Shown: positions 1-9,212 of the stretch, piece by piece
How positions within the stretch are numbered: the first letter of the stretch is position 1
How the letters are laid out: the number at the start of each line of letters is the position of its first letter
Assembly: GCA_041497895.1 (NCBI GenBank)
Contig: JBGQHJ010000020.1
Location: forward strand, 1-46,095
Direction: 5' to 3'
DNA length: 46,095 bases
Source of the DNA: Candidatus Methylomirabilia bacterium
GTDB lineage: Bacteria > Methylomirabilota > Methylomirabilia > Rokubacteriales > CSP1-6
Notes under the pieces: model-generated
The model's database searches: none
Told to the model about the DNA's origin: nothing
The model's input: only the letters and a program-made list of their open reading frames with translations
Position numbers and translations under genes: made by a program

Positions 1-879
1 AAGGTCGCCTTCGACGCCGACGGGGTGACCGCGCGCCTCAGCGACCGCGACGGCGAGCGCGAGCTGCGGGCCGCGTTCGTGGTGGACGCGAGCGGCCGCG
101 ACGCCTTCCTGGCCGCGCGGCAGGGCCAGCGGAAGCCGCGGCCCGGGCTCGGCAAGGTGGCGATCTTCGCCTACTTCCGCGGGGCACGGCGCTTCCCGGG
201 CCGGTCGGAGGGCAACGTCCGCCTCTACATCTTCCCGGAGGGCTGGTTCTGGTACATCCCGCTGGCCCGCGACGAGACGAGCGTGGGCTGCGTGCTCCAC
301 CAGCGGGTGGTGAAGGCGCGGCGCGGCACGCTCCAGGCGCTGTTCGACGAGATGGTCGAGCGATGCGAGAAGATCGCGGAGAACCTGCGAGGATCCGAGC
401 GGGTGACCGAGCTCTACACCACGTCGAACTTCGCCTACACCATCGAGCCGATCACCGGCGACCGGTTCCTCTGCGTGGGGGACGCGGTGGCCTTCGTGGA
501 CCCGATCTTCTCGCCCGGCGTGTTCCTGGCGATGCAGACCGGCGAGCTGGCCGCGGGGGCGATCCTGCGCGCGTTCCGGGCCGGCCGCTTCGAGGCCCGG
601 CGCTTCCGCGGCTACGAGCGGGCGGTCCGCCGGGGCACGAAGCCCTTCGAGCGCTTCATCGAGTCGTACTACGACCGGGCCTTCCTCGAGGTCTTCATGC
701 GGCCGAAGAACGTGCTCGGGGTGATCCCCGCGGTCACCGGTGTGCTCGCGGGCGGCTCGTTCGGCCTGCTCCCGAAGCACCTGCACGCCTCGCTGTGGTT
801 CTTCCACCAGGTGGTGCGGCTCACCCGCTGGATGAACCTGCGGCGCGGGGTGGTGCTCGAGTCCCGCCTCGACTGGTAG
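1..879 (+). CDS. FAD-dependent oxidoreductase, flavin-dependent halogenase/geranylgeranyl reductase-like (5' truncated by window)
   Basis: Frame open from base 1. Motifs VVDASGR, GWFWYIPL (WxWxIP) and LCVGDAVAFVDPIFSPGV. The N-terminal GxGxxG lies outside the window. Confidence 0.8.
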   Translation, partial: KVAFDADGVTARLSDRDGERELRAAFVVDASGRDAFLAARQGQRKPRPGLGKVAIFAYFRGARRFPGRSEGNVRLYIFPEGWFWYIPLARDETSVGCVLHQRVVKARRGTLQALFDEMVERCEKIAENLRGSERVTELYTTSNFAYTIEPITGDRFLCVGDAVAFVDPIFSPGVFLAMQTGELAAGAILRAFRAGRFEARRFRGYERAVRRGTKPFERFIESYYDRAFLEVFMRPKNVLGVIPAVTGVLAGGSFGLLPKHLHASLWFFHQVVRLTRWMNLRRGVVLESRLDW

Positions 880-890
880 GAGCGCCGCGG

Positions 891-1535
891 ATGGCCCGCG
901 GACCGGCCCGCGAGCCCGGCTCCCGCCCGGATCCCGGCTTCACCCCGCGCGAGCTGCACGCGCTGCGGGCCCTCCGGAGCCCGCACGGGATCCAGCGCGC
1001 GCTCGACGCGATGCCCTACCACCTGGCCGGGACCGCGTGGTCGCCGCGGCGCGTGCTGCGCGAGCGGACCGCGCACTGTCTCGAGGGCGCGGTGTTCGCG
1101 GCGGCCGCGCTCCGGGTGCTCGGCTTCCCGCCGCTGCTGCTCGACCTGGAGGCGGTGCAGGACACCGATCACGTGGTCGCGGTGTTCCGCGTGCGCGGGC
1201 ACTGGGGCGCCATCGCCAAGTCGAACTTCTCCGGGCTGCGCTATCGCGAGCCCGTGTACCGGACGCTGCGGGAGCTGGTCATGAGCTACTTCGACGGCTA
1301 CATCAACCTGCGGGGCGAGCGCACCCTGCGGGCCTACTCGCGGCCGGTGAGCCTCGCCCGCTTCGACCGGCGGCGGCCCGGGTGGGCGACCGCGGAGGGC
1401 GACCTGTGGTGGATCGCCGAGCACCTCCTGGAGATCCCGCACACCCGGCTCCTCCAGCCCGCGATGACCCGCGCGCTGTCGCGCGTGGACCGGCGCGCGC
1501 TCGCCGCGGGGATGGTGGGCTACCGTGAGCATTGA
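891..1535 (+). CDS. Conserved hypothetical protein, possibly transglutaminase/papain-like fold (Cys-His)
   Basis: ATG 891 after GGAG. Protein-like C-terminal part of the 363..1535 ORF with TAHCLEGAVFAA, DTDHVVAVF and WGAIAKSNFSGLRYREPVY. Confidence 0.7.
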   Translation: MARGPAREPGSRPDPGFTPRELHALRALRSPHGIQRALDAMPYHLAGTAWSPRRVLRERTAHCLEGAVFAAAALRVLGFPPLLLDLEAVQDTDHVVAVFRVRGHWGAIAKSNFSGLRYREPVYRTLRELVMSYFDGYINLRGERTLRAYSRPVSLARFDRRRPGWATAEGDLWWIAEHLLEIPHTRLLQPAMTRALSRVDRRALAAGMVGYREH

Positions 1536-2106
1536 CGCGATGACCGTGCAGGAGCACCTCGACGGCAGCCGCACCGAGTACTTCCCGGTCGAGTGCACGG
1601 AGGCCGCGCTCCTCGCCCTGTTGCGCGAGATCTTCGAGGAGCACTGGGAGCACGTCGTCTTCGGCCCCTGCATCGAGGGCGCGGTGTTCGAGGGGCGCTT
1701 CGGGGCGCGGCCCCGCCTGTCGCTGCTGGACGGCTACGTGACGGTGCAGGTGCAGGGGAGCGAGTCCTGGCACTTCCACCTCTGCATCGGCCCGCACCGG
1801 GGCTCTCCCGGCCTGCCCACGCCGCCCGCGCTCGCGGAGTGGCGCCGCTGCCGCCGGGCCGCCTTCTTCCAGAGTCGCGACCGGGCCGGGCGGCCGAGCG
1901 CGTGGGGCCTGCGCCTGTGGAACGGGCGCGACGAGCAGATGATGACCGTCTTCCTGCCGAACCCGTGGATCGACCCGGTCCGGGGGCGCTACCTCGAGAC
2001 CCCGGACTGGTCGCGGCTCGCCCTCTGGATGGACCTGCGCGCCCGCCACGCCGGCGTTCCCGCCGAGCCCCCGCCGACCGACCTCACGCCGCCGCGGACC
2101 CACTGA
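1525..2106 (+). CDS. Conserved hypothetical protein with His/Cys motif
   Basis: Overlaps the previous stop (GTG 1525; alternative ATG 1540). Normal composition; motifs VFGPCIEGAVFE, WHFHLCIGPH, QMMTVFLPNPW. Confidence 0.75.
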   Translation: MSIDAMTVQEHLDGSRTEYFPVECTEAALLALLREIFEEHWEHVVFGPCIEGAVFEGRFGARPRLSLLDGYVTVQVQGSESWHFHLCIGPHRGSPGLPTPPALAEWRRCRRAAFFQSRDRAGRPSAWGLRLWNGRDEQMMTVFLPNPWIDPVRGRYLETPDWSRLALWMDLRARHAGVPAEPPPTDLTPPRTH

Positions 2107-2112
2107 CCGGGA

Positions 2113-2141
2113 TTGTAAGACGCGACCTCAGTCGATAGAAT
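2113..2141 (+). promoter_or_regulatory. Sigma70-type promoter for nthB, probably leaderless
   Basis: TTGTAA (2113-2118), 17 bp spacer, TAGAAT (2136-2141); ATG 8 nt downstream. Confidence 0.6.
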
Positions 2142-2149
2142 CGCGGGAC

Positions 2150-2830
2150 ATGGACGGCGTGCACGATCTGGGCGGCATGCAGGGCTTCGGCCCCGTGGAG
2201 CGGGAGGAGAACGAGCCGGTCTTCCACGCGGCGTGGGAGGCGGCGGTGCTGGCGATGCAGCGCGCCGGCGGCTCGCGCGGCCTCTTCAACATCGACGAGT
2301 TCCGGCACGGCATCGAGCGCATGGCGCCGGCCCACTACCTGGGGGCGACCTACTACGAGAAGTGGCTCGACGGCGTGACCCGCCTGCTCGTGGAGAAGGG
2401 CGTGGTGGGCGCGGCGGAGCTGGCCGAGCGCCTCGCCTTCTTCGCGCAGCGGCCCGACGCGCCGGCGACCCAGGCCCTGACCGCGCCGCTCCCCCCGCGC
2501 CCGCCCGCCAACGCGAAGTGGGCGCAGGACGTCGTCCGCGAGACCGGCGTCGCGCCCCGCTTCGCGCCCGGCGATCCGGTGCGGACGCGCGAGATGCACC
2601 CCCACGGGCACACCCGGCTGCCCCGCTACGCCCGCGGCAAGCGCGGGGTGATCCACCGCTGCCACGGCATCCACGTCTTTCCCGACACCCACGCCCACGG
2701 CGAGGGCGAGCAGCCGCAGCCGCTCTACAGCGTGCGCTTCGACGCCCGTGAGCTGTGGGGCGAGTCGGCCGAGCCGAACCAGGCCGTGCACATCGATCTG
2801 TGGGAGAGCTATCTCCTGCCCGGGAGGTGA
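2150..2830 (+). CDS. nthB: Nitrile hydratase beta subunit
   Basis: N-terminus MDGVHDLGGMQGFGPV; FRHGIERM, YYEKW, GHTRLPRYARGKRG and DLWESYL are typical of NHase beta. Confidence 0.95.
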   Translation: MDGVHDLGGMQGFGPVEREENEPVFHAAWEAAVLAMQRAGGSRGLFNIDEFRHGIERMAPAHYLGATYYEKWLDGVTRLLVEKGVVGAAELAERLAFFAQRPDAPATQALTAPLPPRPPANAKWAQDVVRETGVAPRFAPGDPVRTREMHPHGHTRLPRYARGKRGVIHRCHGIHVFPDTHAHGEGEQPQPLYSVRFDARELWGESAEPNQAVHIDLWESYLLPGR

Positions 2831-2834
2831 CCGC

Positions 2835-3437
2835 ATGGGCAAGAACCACCCCAACGTCGATCCCTACGTGGTCTCCCGGGTGCGCGCGCTCGAGTCGCTG
2901 CTGCTCGAGAAGGGCATCCTGGCGCCCGACGCGGTCGACCGGGTGATCCAGCGCTACGAGTCGGACACCGGCCCGATGGTGGGCGCCCGCGCGGTGGCGC
3001 GGGCCTGGACCGATCCCGCCTACAAGCGCCTGCTGCTCGACGATCCCCGCGCCGCGCTCGCCCGCCTCGACCTCGACTACGCGTTGCTCATGGTGGCGGA
3101 GAACACCGACGCGGTCCACAACCTGGTGGTGTGTACGCTCTGCTCCTGCTACCCGTGGCCGGTGCTCGGGCTGCCGCCCACTTGGTACAAGATGCCGGCC
3201 TACCGCTCGCGGGCGGTGAGCGAGCCGCGCGCGCTCCTCCACGAGATGGGGCTCGAGGTGGACCCGCGGCGCGAGATCCGGGTGTGGGACTCGAGCGCGG
3301 AGATGCGCTACATGGTGCTGCCCCGGCGGCCGGCGGCCGCCGAGGGCCTCGGCGAGGCGGAGCTGATCCCGTGGATCACGCGCGACGCGCTGATCGGGGT
3401 GGCCGAGGTGCGGCCCCCCGCGCCCGTCGCCCGCTGA
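2835..3437 (+). CDS. nthA: Nitrile hydratase alpha subunit, cobalt type
   Basis: ATG 2835 after GGAGG. Metal site VCTLCSCYPW (Thr/Tyr variant of Co-type NHase); LGLPPTWYK, RVWDSSAEMRYMVLP. Confidence 0.95.
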   Translation: MGKNHPNVDPYVVSRVRALESLLLEKGILAPDAVDRVIQRYESDTGPMVGARAVARAWTDPAYKRLLLDDPRAALARLDLDYALLMVAENTDAVHNLVVCTLCSCYPWPVLGLPPTWYKMPAYRSRAVSEPRALLHEMGLEVDPRREIRVWDSSAEMRYMVLPRRPAAAEGLGEAELIPWITRDALIGVAEVRPPAPVAR

Positions 3438-3438
3438 G

Positions 3439-4290
3439 GTGCGAGCAGCCGTGTACGAGCGGCGGCGCAACATCGTGGTGCGTCGCGACGGCCGCCGCGT
3501 CAACGTGGCGCGCTTCCGGGGCCAGCTGTTCGTGTGCGCCACCGGCTGCTGCTGCGGCCGCACCGAGGACGGCTTCGCGGCGGTGCCGACCGAGGCCTTC
3601 CACCGCGAGTGGGAGCGACGCCGCCTGCGCAACGTGATCCACCTCACCATCGGCGGCTGCCTCGGCCCCTGCGCGCTCGCCAACGTGGTGCTCCTGCTCT
3701 TCGACGGGCAGACCCAGTGGTTCCACTCGATCGACTCCGAGACGCAGGCGGTCGCCCTCTACGACCACGTGGAGCGGATGCTGGAGGCCGACGCCTGGCT
3801 GCCCCCGCCGCCCGCGCTCGCGCCCTATCACTTCACCGCCTCCACCTGGCAGCCGCGGCCCGACGGCCTACCGGTGGACGACGCTCGGCTCTGGCCGCCG
3901 CGGCGCGCGCACGCCTGCGCCGCGCCCGCTTCCGGCGTCACCGCCGGCGGCCGGGCCCTCTCGGTGGACCGGGTGGTCGCGGTGATGGACGGCCGGGCCG
4001 CCCTGCCGCGCAAGAACGGCGAGCTCGTGTTCGAGGAGCCGTGGCAGGGCCGGGTCTTCGGCATGGCGGTGGCCCTGCACGAGCGCGGGATCTTCGAGTG
4101 GGAGGAGTTTCGCCAGGCGCCCATCGCGCGGATCGCGGAAGCGGAAGCCGGCCCGGGGCCGTTCGTCTACTACGAGATCTGGCTCCAGACGTTCGAGGAT
4201 CTGCTCGCCGACAAGAGCCTCGTCACCGGGCCCGAGCTCGACGAGACCACCTACCAGTTCGAGTTCGGCGAGCGGGACGACGTGTTCTAG
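3439..4290 (+). CDS. Fusion of thioredoxin-like (2Fe-2S) ferredoxin/CbiW-like domain and nitrile hydratase accessory protein
   Basis: N-half FVCATGCCCG...GGCLGPCALANV. C-half LPRKNGELVFEEPWQGRVFGMAVAL...WEEFRQ...YYEIWL (NHase beta-like activator). No stop between them. Confidence 0.8.
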   Translation: MRAAVYERRRNIVVRRDGRRVNVARFRGQLFVCATGCCCGRTEDGFAAVPTEAFHREWERRRLRNVIHLTIGGCLGPCALANVVLLLFDGQTQWFHSIDSETQAVALYDHVERMLEADAWLPPPPALAPYHFTASTWQPRPDGLPVDDARLWPPRRAHACAAPASGVTAGGRALSVDRVVAVMDGRAALPRKNGELVFEEPWQGRVFGMAVALHERGIFEWEEFRQAPIARIAEAEAGPGPFVYYEIWLQTFEDLLADKSLVTGPELDETTYQFEFGERDDVF

Positions 4291-4324
4291 GCCCGCCGGC
4301 CGGGAGCCGGGCGCGGTGCGCGGA

Positions 4325-7300
4325 TCAACGCGCAGCGGTGTTCAGGCGGTCGAGCGCGGGCGGGCCGGCGAGCCGGTCGAGGGCGGGCATCAGCAGGCCC
4401 GCGATGCGCACCGGGAGCGCGCTCGTGAAGTGGAAGCGCGCCGCCTCCGGGCCCGGGACGTAGGCGGTCACCACCCCGAAGTAGCGATCGTCGAGCATGA
4501 ACACGAACGTGGCGGCTCGGCTCACCACCCGCGACTCGATCACCGAGCCGTTCTTGCCGTAGACGAAGTAGCGGTGGTCGCCGGTACCGGTCTTGCCGCC
4601 GGCCACGTGCGGGCCGCCCGGCCCCGCCAGAGCGGGCTTGAGCCCCCGCGCGGTGCCGACGTCCACCACCTGGGTGAGGGCGCCGCGCACGACCGCGGCC
4701 ACCTCGGGCGCGATCACCTGGGTCGGCGGGATCTCGGCGCGCCCCACGCGTGTCTCGTAGGGCGTGCCCGCGGCGAAGTCGAGCCCGTCGAGCAGCACGG
4801 TGGGCTGGCGCACCCCGTTGTTGATGATGATGCCCATCAGGTCGGCCAGCGCGGCCGGCCGGTCGCCGGAGCTGCCGATGGCGGTGGCCAGCGACGGCGT
4901 CAGCGAGGCGAACGGGTAGCCGAGCCGCTCCCAGCTCCGGTGCAGGTCGAGGAACGCCTCCAGCTCGAGGAGGCTCGCGATCCGGTGGTCCTGGGCGTTC
5001 CGGTGCCGGGTGAAGAAGAGCCAGCTGTAGACCGCCTGGCGCTCGGCGCTGCTCGCGCGCACCACCTGGCCCATGCCCGCCCCGGGATGCCGCCGCAGGT
5101 ACCCGGCCACCCACAGCTCGAGCGGATGCACGCCGGCCACGTAGCCGCGGTCGACCAGGGGCATGTCCTCGGGCGCGGCCTGCTCGTAGAGCTCGGCGAC
5201 CGCGCGGTCGGAGAGCGCGCGCCCGGGCACCCGGGAGGCGAGCAGATCGCGGAAGACCTCCGGGCTCGCCTCCGGATAGACCGACCGCAGCGCGATGGCC
5301 AGGCCGTGCGGGGTCGGGTGGGCCGCGCTCAGGACCAGCTCGAGCGCCTCCTCCACCGGCAGGCCCTGGTACTTGCGGTAGAAGCGGCGGACGAACTCGC
5401 TGCCCTCGCGGTCGGCGAAGCGGCTCAGGTAGGCGTCGCGCCGCGGGTCGCCCGGGTTCTCCAGGACGAGGGCGAGCGACCCGGAGGAGCCGTAGAGGTG
5501 GTGGGTGACCAGGTCGCGCATCAGGCGGATGAACACCAGGTTCACCGAGTTCTGGAAGGCCTCGCGGATCGTGAGGATCTTCGCGTCGTCCTCCCGATCG
5601 AAGTTGCCGAAGGTGTGCAGGCCGCCGCCGGTGAAGAAGGCCTCGGACGGGCTCGCGGAGTAGCGCCGCTCGAGGGACGCCTCGAGCATGGCCTGCAACG
5701 TCCGGTCCGTGCCGCGCGCGCTCGCGAGGTACGCCACCGCCCACTCCCCGAGCCGGTCGCGGGGGTGGGTGGAGACCTTGGCCAGCGCGGCGGGCTCGAG
5801 CCGCGCGTAGCGGTCGTGCAGCGCGGCGATCGCCTCGAGGTACGAGATCAGCGTGCGGAGCTTGGCGGTCGACCCGAGGTCGATCCGCGCCCCCCCGTTG
5901 ATGTCGAGCGGCTGGTCGAGGTTGTCGGTCTGGATACGGACGCGGTTGAGCCCCTGGCCCCGCTCGTAGACCGTGACGCTGTAGAGCACGCGGGTGGGAT
6001 CGCCGCCGCCCAGGAGTTTCTCGCCCACGAGCCCGAGGCGCTCGACGGTGGCCGGATCGTGCAGCGACCCCAGGAGCCGGGTCACCGCGTCCTGGGTGGG
6101 CGCGTCGAGCGTGCTGCGCACGGTGAGGTCGAGGCGGTCGAGGTCGTAGAGGGCGGGCACTCCGAGCATCGCGGTGAGCCGGGCCCGCACCAGGTTGGCG
6201 CCCTTGCGCTCGACGAACGCCACCGGGGCGGCCGCGCTCCCGCGCCGGAGCTCGAGGCGCTCTGCGAGCGCGGCGTCGCGCAGGCGGGTGTCGATCACGC
6301 CCGCGCGCGCCAGCACCCGCAGGTAGCCGTCGGTGAACTCCTCGAGGGCGCGCGGGTTCTCCACCAGGTAGTAGTACGGCCGCCGCGCGGCCAGGATGAG
6401 GCTCAGCGCGCGCTTGAACACCCGCCCCCGCGCGGCGTCCGCCGCGACCGGCTTGGTCGAGAGGAGCGCGTTGGCCTGGAGGAAGTCCACCCCGTACCAG
6501 ATGCGGAGCCCGTCGCCCAGGCCGTGCACCTCGCCGTGGCCGGACGCGGCCGCGAGCGGGAGCGAGTCGAGATAGTCCACCACGATCTGTCGGCGCGCGT
6601 TGCGGGTCGCCGCGCCGCCCTGGTAGGCGCGCAGGCTCGCCGAGATCATCTGGCGCAGCTTGTCGCCGGCCGCCCGGGTGCGACCCTCGGGGGAGTGGCG
6701 AAGCTTCTCGAGCTGGGTGGGCAGGGTGCTCGCCCCGATGGAGTGCCGGTCGCGATGGAGGCGGCCGATCGTCTCCACCCCGACCGCCTTGGCGAGCCGT
6801 CGCCAGTCCACCACCGGGTTGCGATACGGCTGGCCGGTGTCGAGCAGCTCGCGGTTCTCGATGAACAGCAGCGTGTTGATCAGGAGCGGCGGTACCGCGT
6901 CGAAGCGATCGTAGACCTGCTCCGGATAGCGGGTGGCGTAGAGCGGATGTCCCTCGCGGTCCAGCACCTCGAGGCCGGCGCGGCTCTTCTCGTGGTACGG
7001 CGGGTAGAGCCCCCACCCGGCGAGGAACGTCAGTCCCGCGGAGAGCCGGGCCTGCTGCTCGACGCGGTAGCCGCCGGCGCTCAGCCGGTCGAGGAAGTCG
7101 GGCACCCGCGTGTAGCCGAGCCGCACGTCGTAGGGGCCCGAGCGCGGGAAGGCCACCGACGGGCTCGGCCCCGGCGCCACGCGATAGGTCAGCACGCGGG
7201 CGGCTTGCGAGAGCACCAGGGCCTGCAGCGCGGAGGTGCGCATCTCGACGAGCCCGAGCAGGAGGAGCGCGAGGGCGACGACGGAGAGGAGCAGCGAGCG

Positions 7301-7480
7301 GCGCACCACCAGGTCGCGCAGGCGCGCCCTCCACCGCGCGGTCGCCGCCGCGCCCGGCAGCACGTCGGTGCCGATCGCGGTCGCCAGCGCGGGCTGGGCG
7401 GGCGCGAGGCTGGACCGCGGGGCAGACCGGGACGCCGAGAGAAAACGCCTCAGCGGAGAGCGGCTGTCGGGGTCTGCCAC
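4325..7480 (-). CDS. Large class A penicillin-binding protein-like (transglycosylase + transpeptidase)
   Basis: N-terminal TM helix. TG-like motifs LLFIENREL and GASTLPTQLEK; TP motifs GSTAK (SxxK), SVN (SxN) and KTGTG. Confidence 0.8.
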   Translation of the reverse strand: MADPDSRSPLRRFLSASRSAPRSSLAPAQPALATAIGTDVLPGAAATARWRARLRDLVVRRSLLLSVVALALLLLGLVEMRTSALQALVLSQAARVLTYRVAPGPSPSVAFPRSGPYDVRLGYTRVPDFLDRLSAGGYRVEQQARLSAGLTFLAGWGLYPPYHEKSRAGLEVLDREGHPLYATRYPEQVYDRFDAVPPLLINTLLFIENRELLDTGQPYRNPVVDWRRLAKAVGVETIGRLHRDRHSIGASTLPTQLEKLRHSPEGRTRAAGDKLRQMISASLRAYQGGAATRNARRQIVVDYLDSLPLAAASGHGEVHGLGDGLRIWYGVDFLQANALLSTKPVAADAARGRVFKRALSLILAARRPYYYLVENPRALEEFTDGYLRVLARAGVIDTRLRDAALAERLELRRGSAAAPVAFVERKGANLVRARLTAMLGVPALYDLDRLDLTVRSTLDAPTQDAVTRLLGSLHDPATVERLGLVGEKLLGGGDPTRVLYSVTVYERGQGLNRVRIQTDNLDQPLDINGGARIDLGSTAKLRTLISYLEAIAALHDRYARLEPAALAKVSTHPRDRLGEWAVAYLASARGTDRTLQAMLEASLERRYSASPSEAFFTGGGLHTFGNFDREDDAKILTIREAFQNSVNLVFIRLMRDLVTHHLYGSSGSLALVLENPGDPRRDAYLSRFADREGSEFVRRFYRKYQGLPVEEALELVLSAAHPTPHGLAIALRSVYPEASPEVFRDLLASRVPGRALSDRAVAELYEQAAPEDMPLVDRGYVAGVHPLELWVAGYLRRHPGAGMGQVVRASSAERQAVYSWLFFTRHRNAQDHRIASLLELEAFLDLHRSWERLGYPFASLTPSLATAIGSSGDRPAALADLMGIIINNGVRQPTVLLDGLDFAAGTPYETRVGRAEIPPTQVIAPEVAAVVRGALTQVVDVGTARGLKPALAGPGGPHVAGGKTGTGDHRYFVYGKNGSVIESRVVSRAATFVFMLDDRYFGVVTAYVPGPEAARFHFTSALPVRIAGLLMPALDRLAGPPALDRLNTAAR

Positions 7481-7519
7481 TGCTTGATCAACCGTCCGAT
7501 CGGGCCGGACGTTCCTCTA

Positions 7520-7535
7520 TGCAATGCTTGCGCCG
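7520..7535 (-). promoter_or_regulatory. Candidate sigma54 (-24/-12) promoter for the PBP gene
   Basis: Minus strand CGGCGCAAGCATTGCA: GG-N10-GC with TTGCA, about 40 nt upstream of the GTG. Confidence 0.45.
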
Positions 7536-7557
7536 TGGGCACCGCGAACCATCACCA

Positions 7558-8865
7558 TCACCGCGATGGCGAGAGTTCAAAGTCTACCACGCGCTCGCAC
7601 CATGCGGCCACCGCGAGAATCGCCGCGTCCTCGTTGATCGCGCCGACGAGCTGGATCGCGTGCGGGAGGCCGAGCGGCGAGACGCCGATCGGCAGCGAGA
7701 TCGCGGGAACGCCCGCGAAGCTCCACGGCGCGCAGAACCACGGGTCGCCGGTCGCGCCGAGCCCTTCCGGCGCGGTCGACGGCGCGGTCGGCGAGAGCAG
7801 GGCGTCGTGCGCGGCGAGCAGCGGCATCACGTCGCGGCGGAACGCGAGGCGCGCCCGCTGGGCGCGCGCGTAGGCCACCGCGGGCCGGCTGAGGCCGGCC
7901 GCGATCAGCTCGCGCGTCCGCGGGCGATACTGCGCGGCGTGCACCCGGTACAGCTCCTCGTGGTACGCGGCCGCTTCCACCTCGAGCACCGAGCGGCCCG
8001 CCGCGTGCACGTCCGCGAAGGACGCGGGCAGGGTCACCTCGCGCACGCTCGCGCCCGCGCGGGCGAAGCGCTCCGCGGTCGCGCGGATCAGCGCCGCGAC
8101 CTCGGGAGTGGCGCGCTCGAGCAGCTCCGGGGCCACCGCCAGGCGCGGTGGCCGGATCGCGGGGGCGCTCGGCGCGCGCGCGGCCAGGACGTCGAGCGCG
8201 AGGGCCACGTCGGCGACCCGGCGCGCGAAGATCCCGACGTGATCGAAGCTCCAGGCGAGCGGGACTACCCCGTCGGTCGGGATCAGGCCGTAGGTGCCCT
8301 TGAAGCCGACCACGCCGCAGTAGGCCGCGGGCCGCAGCACCGAGCCCACCGTCTGGGTGCCGAGGGCGAGCGGGACCATCCGGGCGGCCACCGCCGCCGC
8401 CGAGCCGGAGGACGAGCCGCCGGGGGTGTGCGCGGGATTCCACGGGTTGCGCGTGGGACCCGGCTCGAAGTAGGCGAACTCGGTGGTGTGCGCCTTGCCG
8501 AGCACGACGGCGCCGGCCGCGCGCAGGCGCGCGACCGACGCGGCGTCCGCGGTCGCGGTGGTGTGGAAGGCGGGCGCCGCCCCGCAGGTCGTGGTCGCGC
8601 CCGCCACGTGGAAGATGTCCTTGATGCCGACCGGGATCCCGTGCAGCGGTCCGCGCAGGCGGCCCGCGCGCACCTCCTCGGTCCGCTCGCGCGCGGTCGC
8701 GCGCGCGCCCGTCTCGTCCACCGCCACCCACGCGCGCACGGAGTCGTCGCGCGCCGCGATGCCCAGCAGGCACGCCTCGAGGAGCGCGGTCGGCGACAGC
8801 GTGCCGTCCGCGATGCGGCGCGCGGCCTCGACGACGGAGAGCGATGCCGGATCGTTCGCGTCCAT
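7558..8865 (-). CDS. Amidase signature family protein
   Basis: GPLHGIPVGIKD (Lys), TPGGSSSGSAAAVA, GTQTVGSVLRPAAYCGVVGFK. Confidence 0.92.
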   Translation of the reverse strand: MDANDPASLSVVEAARRIADGTLSPTALLEACLLGIAARDDSVRAWVAVDETGARATARERTEEVRAGRLRGPLHGIPVGIKDIFHVAGATTTCGAAPAFHTTATADAASVARLRAAGAVVLGKAHTTEFAYFEPGPTRNPWNPAHTPGGSSSGSAAAVAARMVPLALGTQTVGSVLRPAAYCGVVGFKGTYGLIPTDGVVPLAWSFDHVGIFARRVADVALALDVLAARAPSAPAIRPPRLAVAPELLERATPEVAALIRATAERFARAGASVREVTLPASFADVHAAGRSVLEVEAAAYHEELYRVHAAQYRPRTRELIAAGLSRPAVAYARAQRARLAFRRDVMPLLAAHDALLSPTAPSTAPEGLGATGDPWFCAPWSFAGVPAISLPIGVSPLGLPHAIQLVGAINEDAAILAVAAWCERVVDFELSPSR

Positions 8866-8873
8866 GGCGAAGG

Positions 8874-8903
8874 ATCATGCGGGGCGGGGCCGAGCGCTGT
8901 CAA
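8874..8903 (-). promoter_or_regulatory. Sigma70-type promoter for the amidase, probably leaderless
   Basis: Minus strand TTGACA (8903-8898), 18 bp spacer, CATGAT (8879-8874); ATG 8 nt downstream, no SD. Confidence 0.5.
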
Positions 8904-9010
8904 GACGCCGACACCGCAGAAAGTGCGGTGGAGCGGCGTTCCATTCAAGAGGGCATTTCATTACCCAGCCACGGAAGCCACGAGGGAAGATCGATTTCGT
9001 CGTCCGCGAG

Positions 9011-9056
9011 CAAGCGATTGATTCTACGAGCGATGGGCCCTTGGTACAGGACTTGC
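9011..9056 (+). promoter_or_regulatory. IHF site plus sigma54 promoter
   Basis: 9011-9023 reads AATCAATCGCTTG on the minus strand, an exact WATCAANNNNTTR. TTGGTACAGGACTTGC (9041-9056) is GG-N10-GC. Confidence 0.6.
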
Positions 9057-9212
9057 CCCAGGGACCATGTACGGATCAGGCAGGTTCGAGGGGCGGGTGA
9101 GCGGGACGGGGTGTCGGTCCCTTCTCCACCGATACGTCGGGCCGAGCATCCGGCCCTCGGCCTGCCTGGTCACACAGACGTGGATGGCGCCCGCGCGCTA
9201 CGGGAGGAATCG

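Noticed and set aside
4287..7873. 1185-aa (+) and 1015-aa (-) ORFs overlapping the PBP gene, including an HHHH run
   Set aside because: Arg/Gly/Pro-rich alternative-frame shadows. The His run comes from a short CATCAC repeat at the amidase stop.
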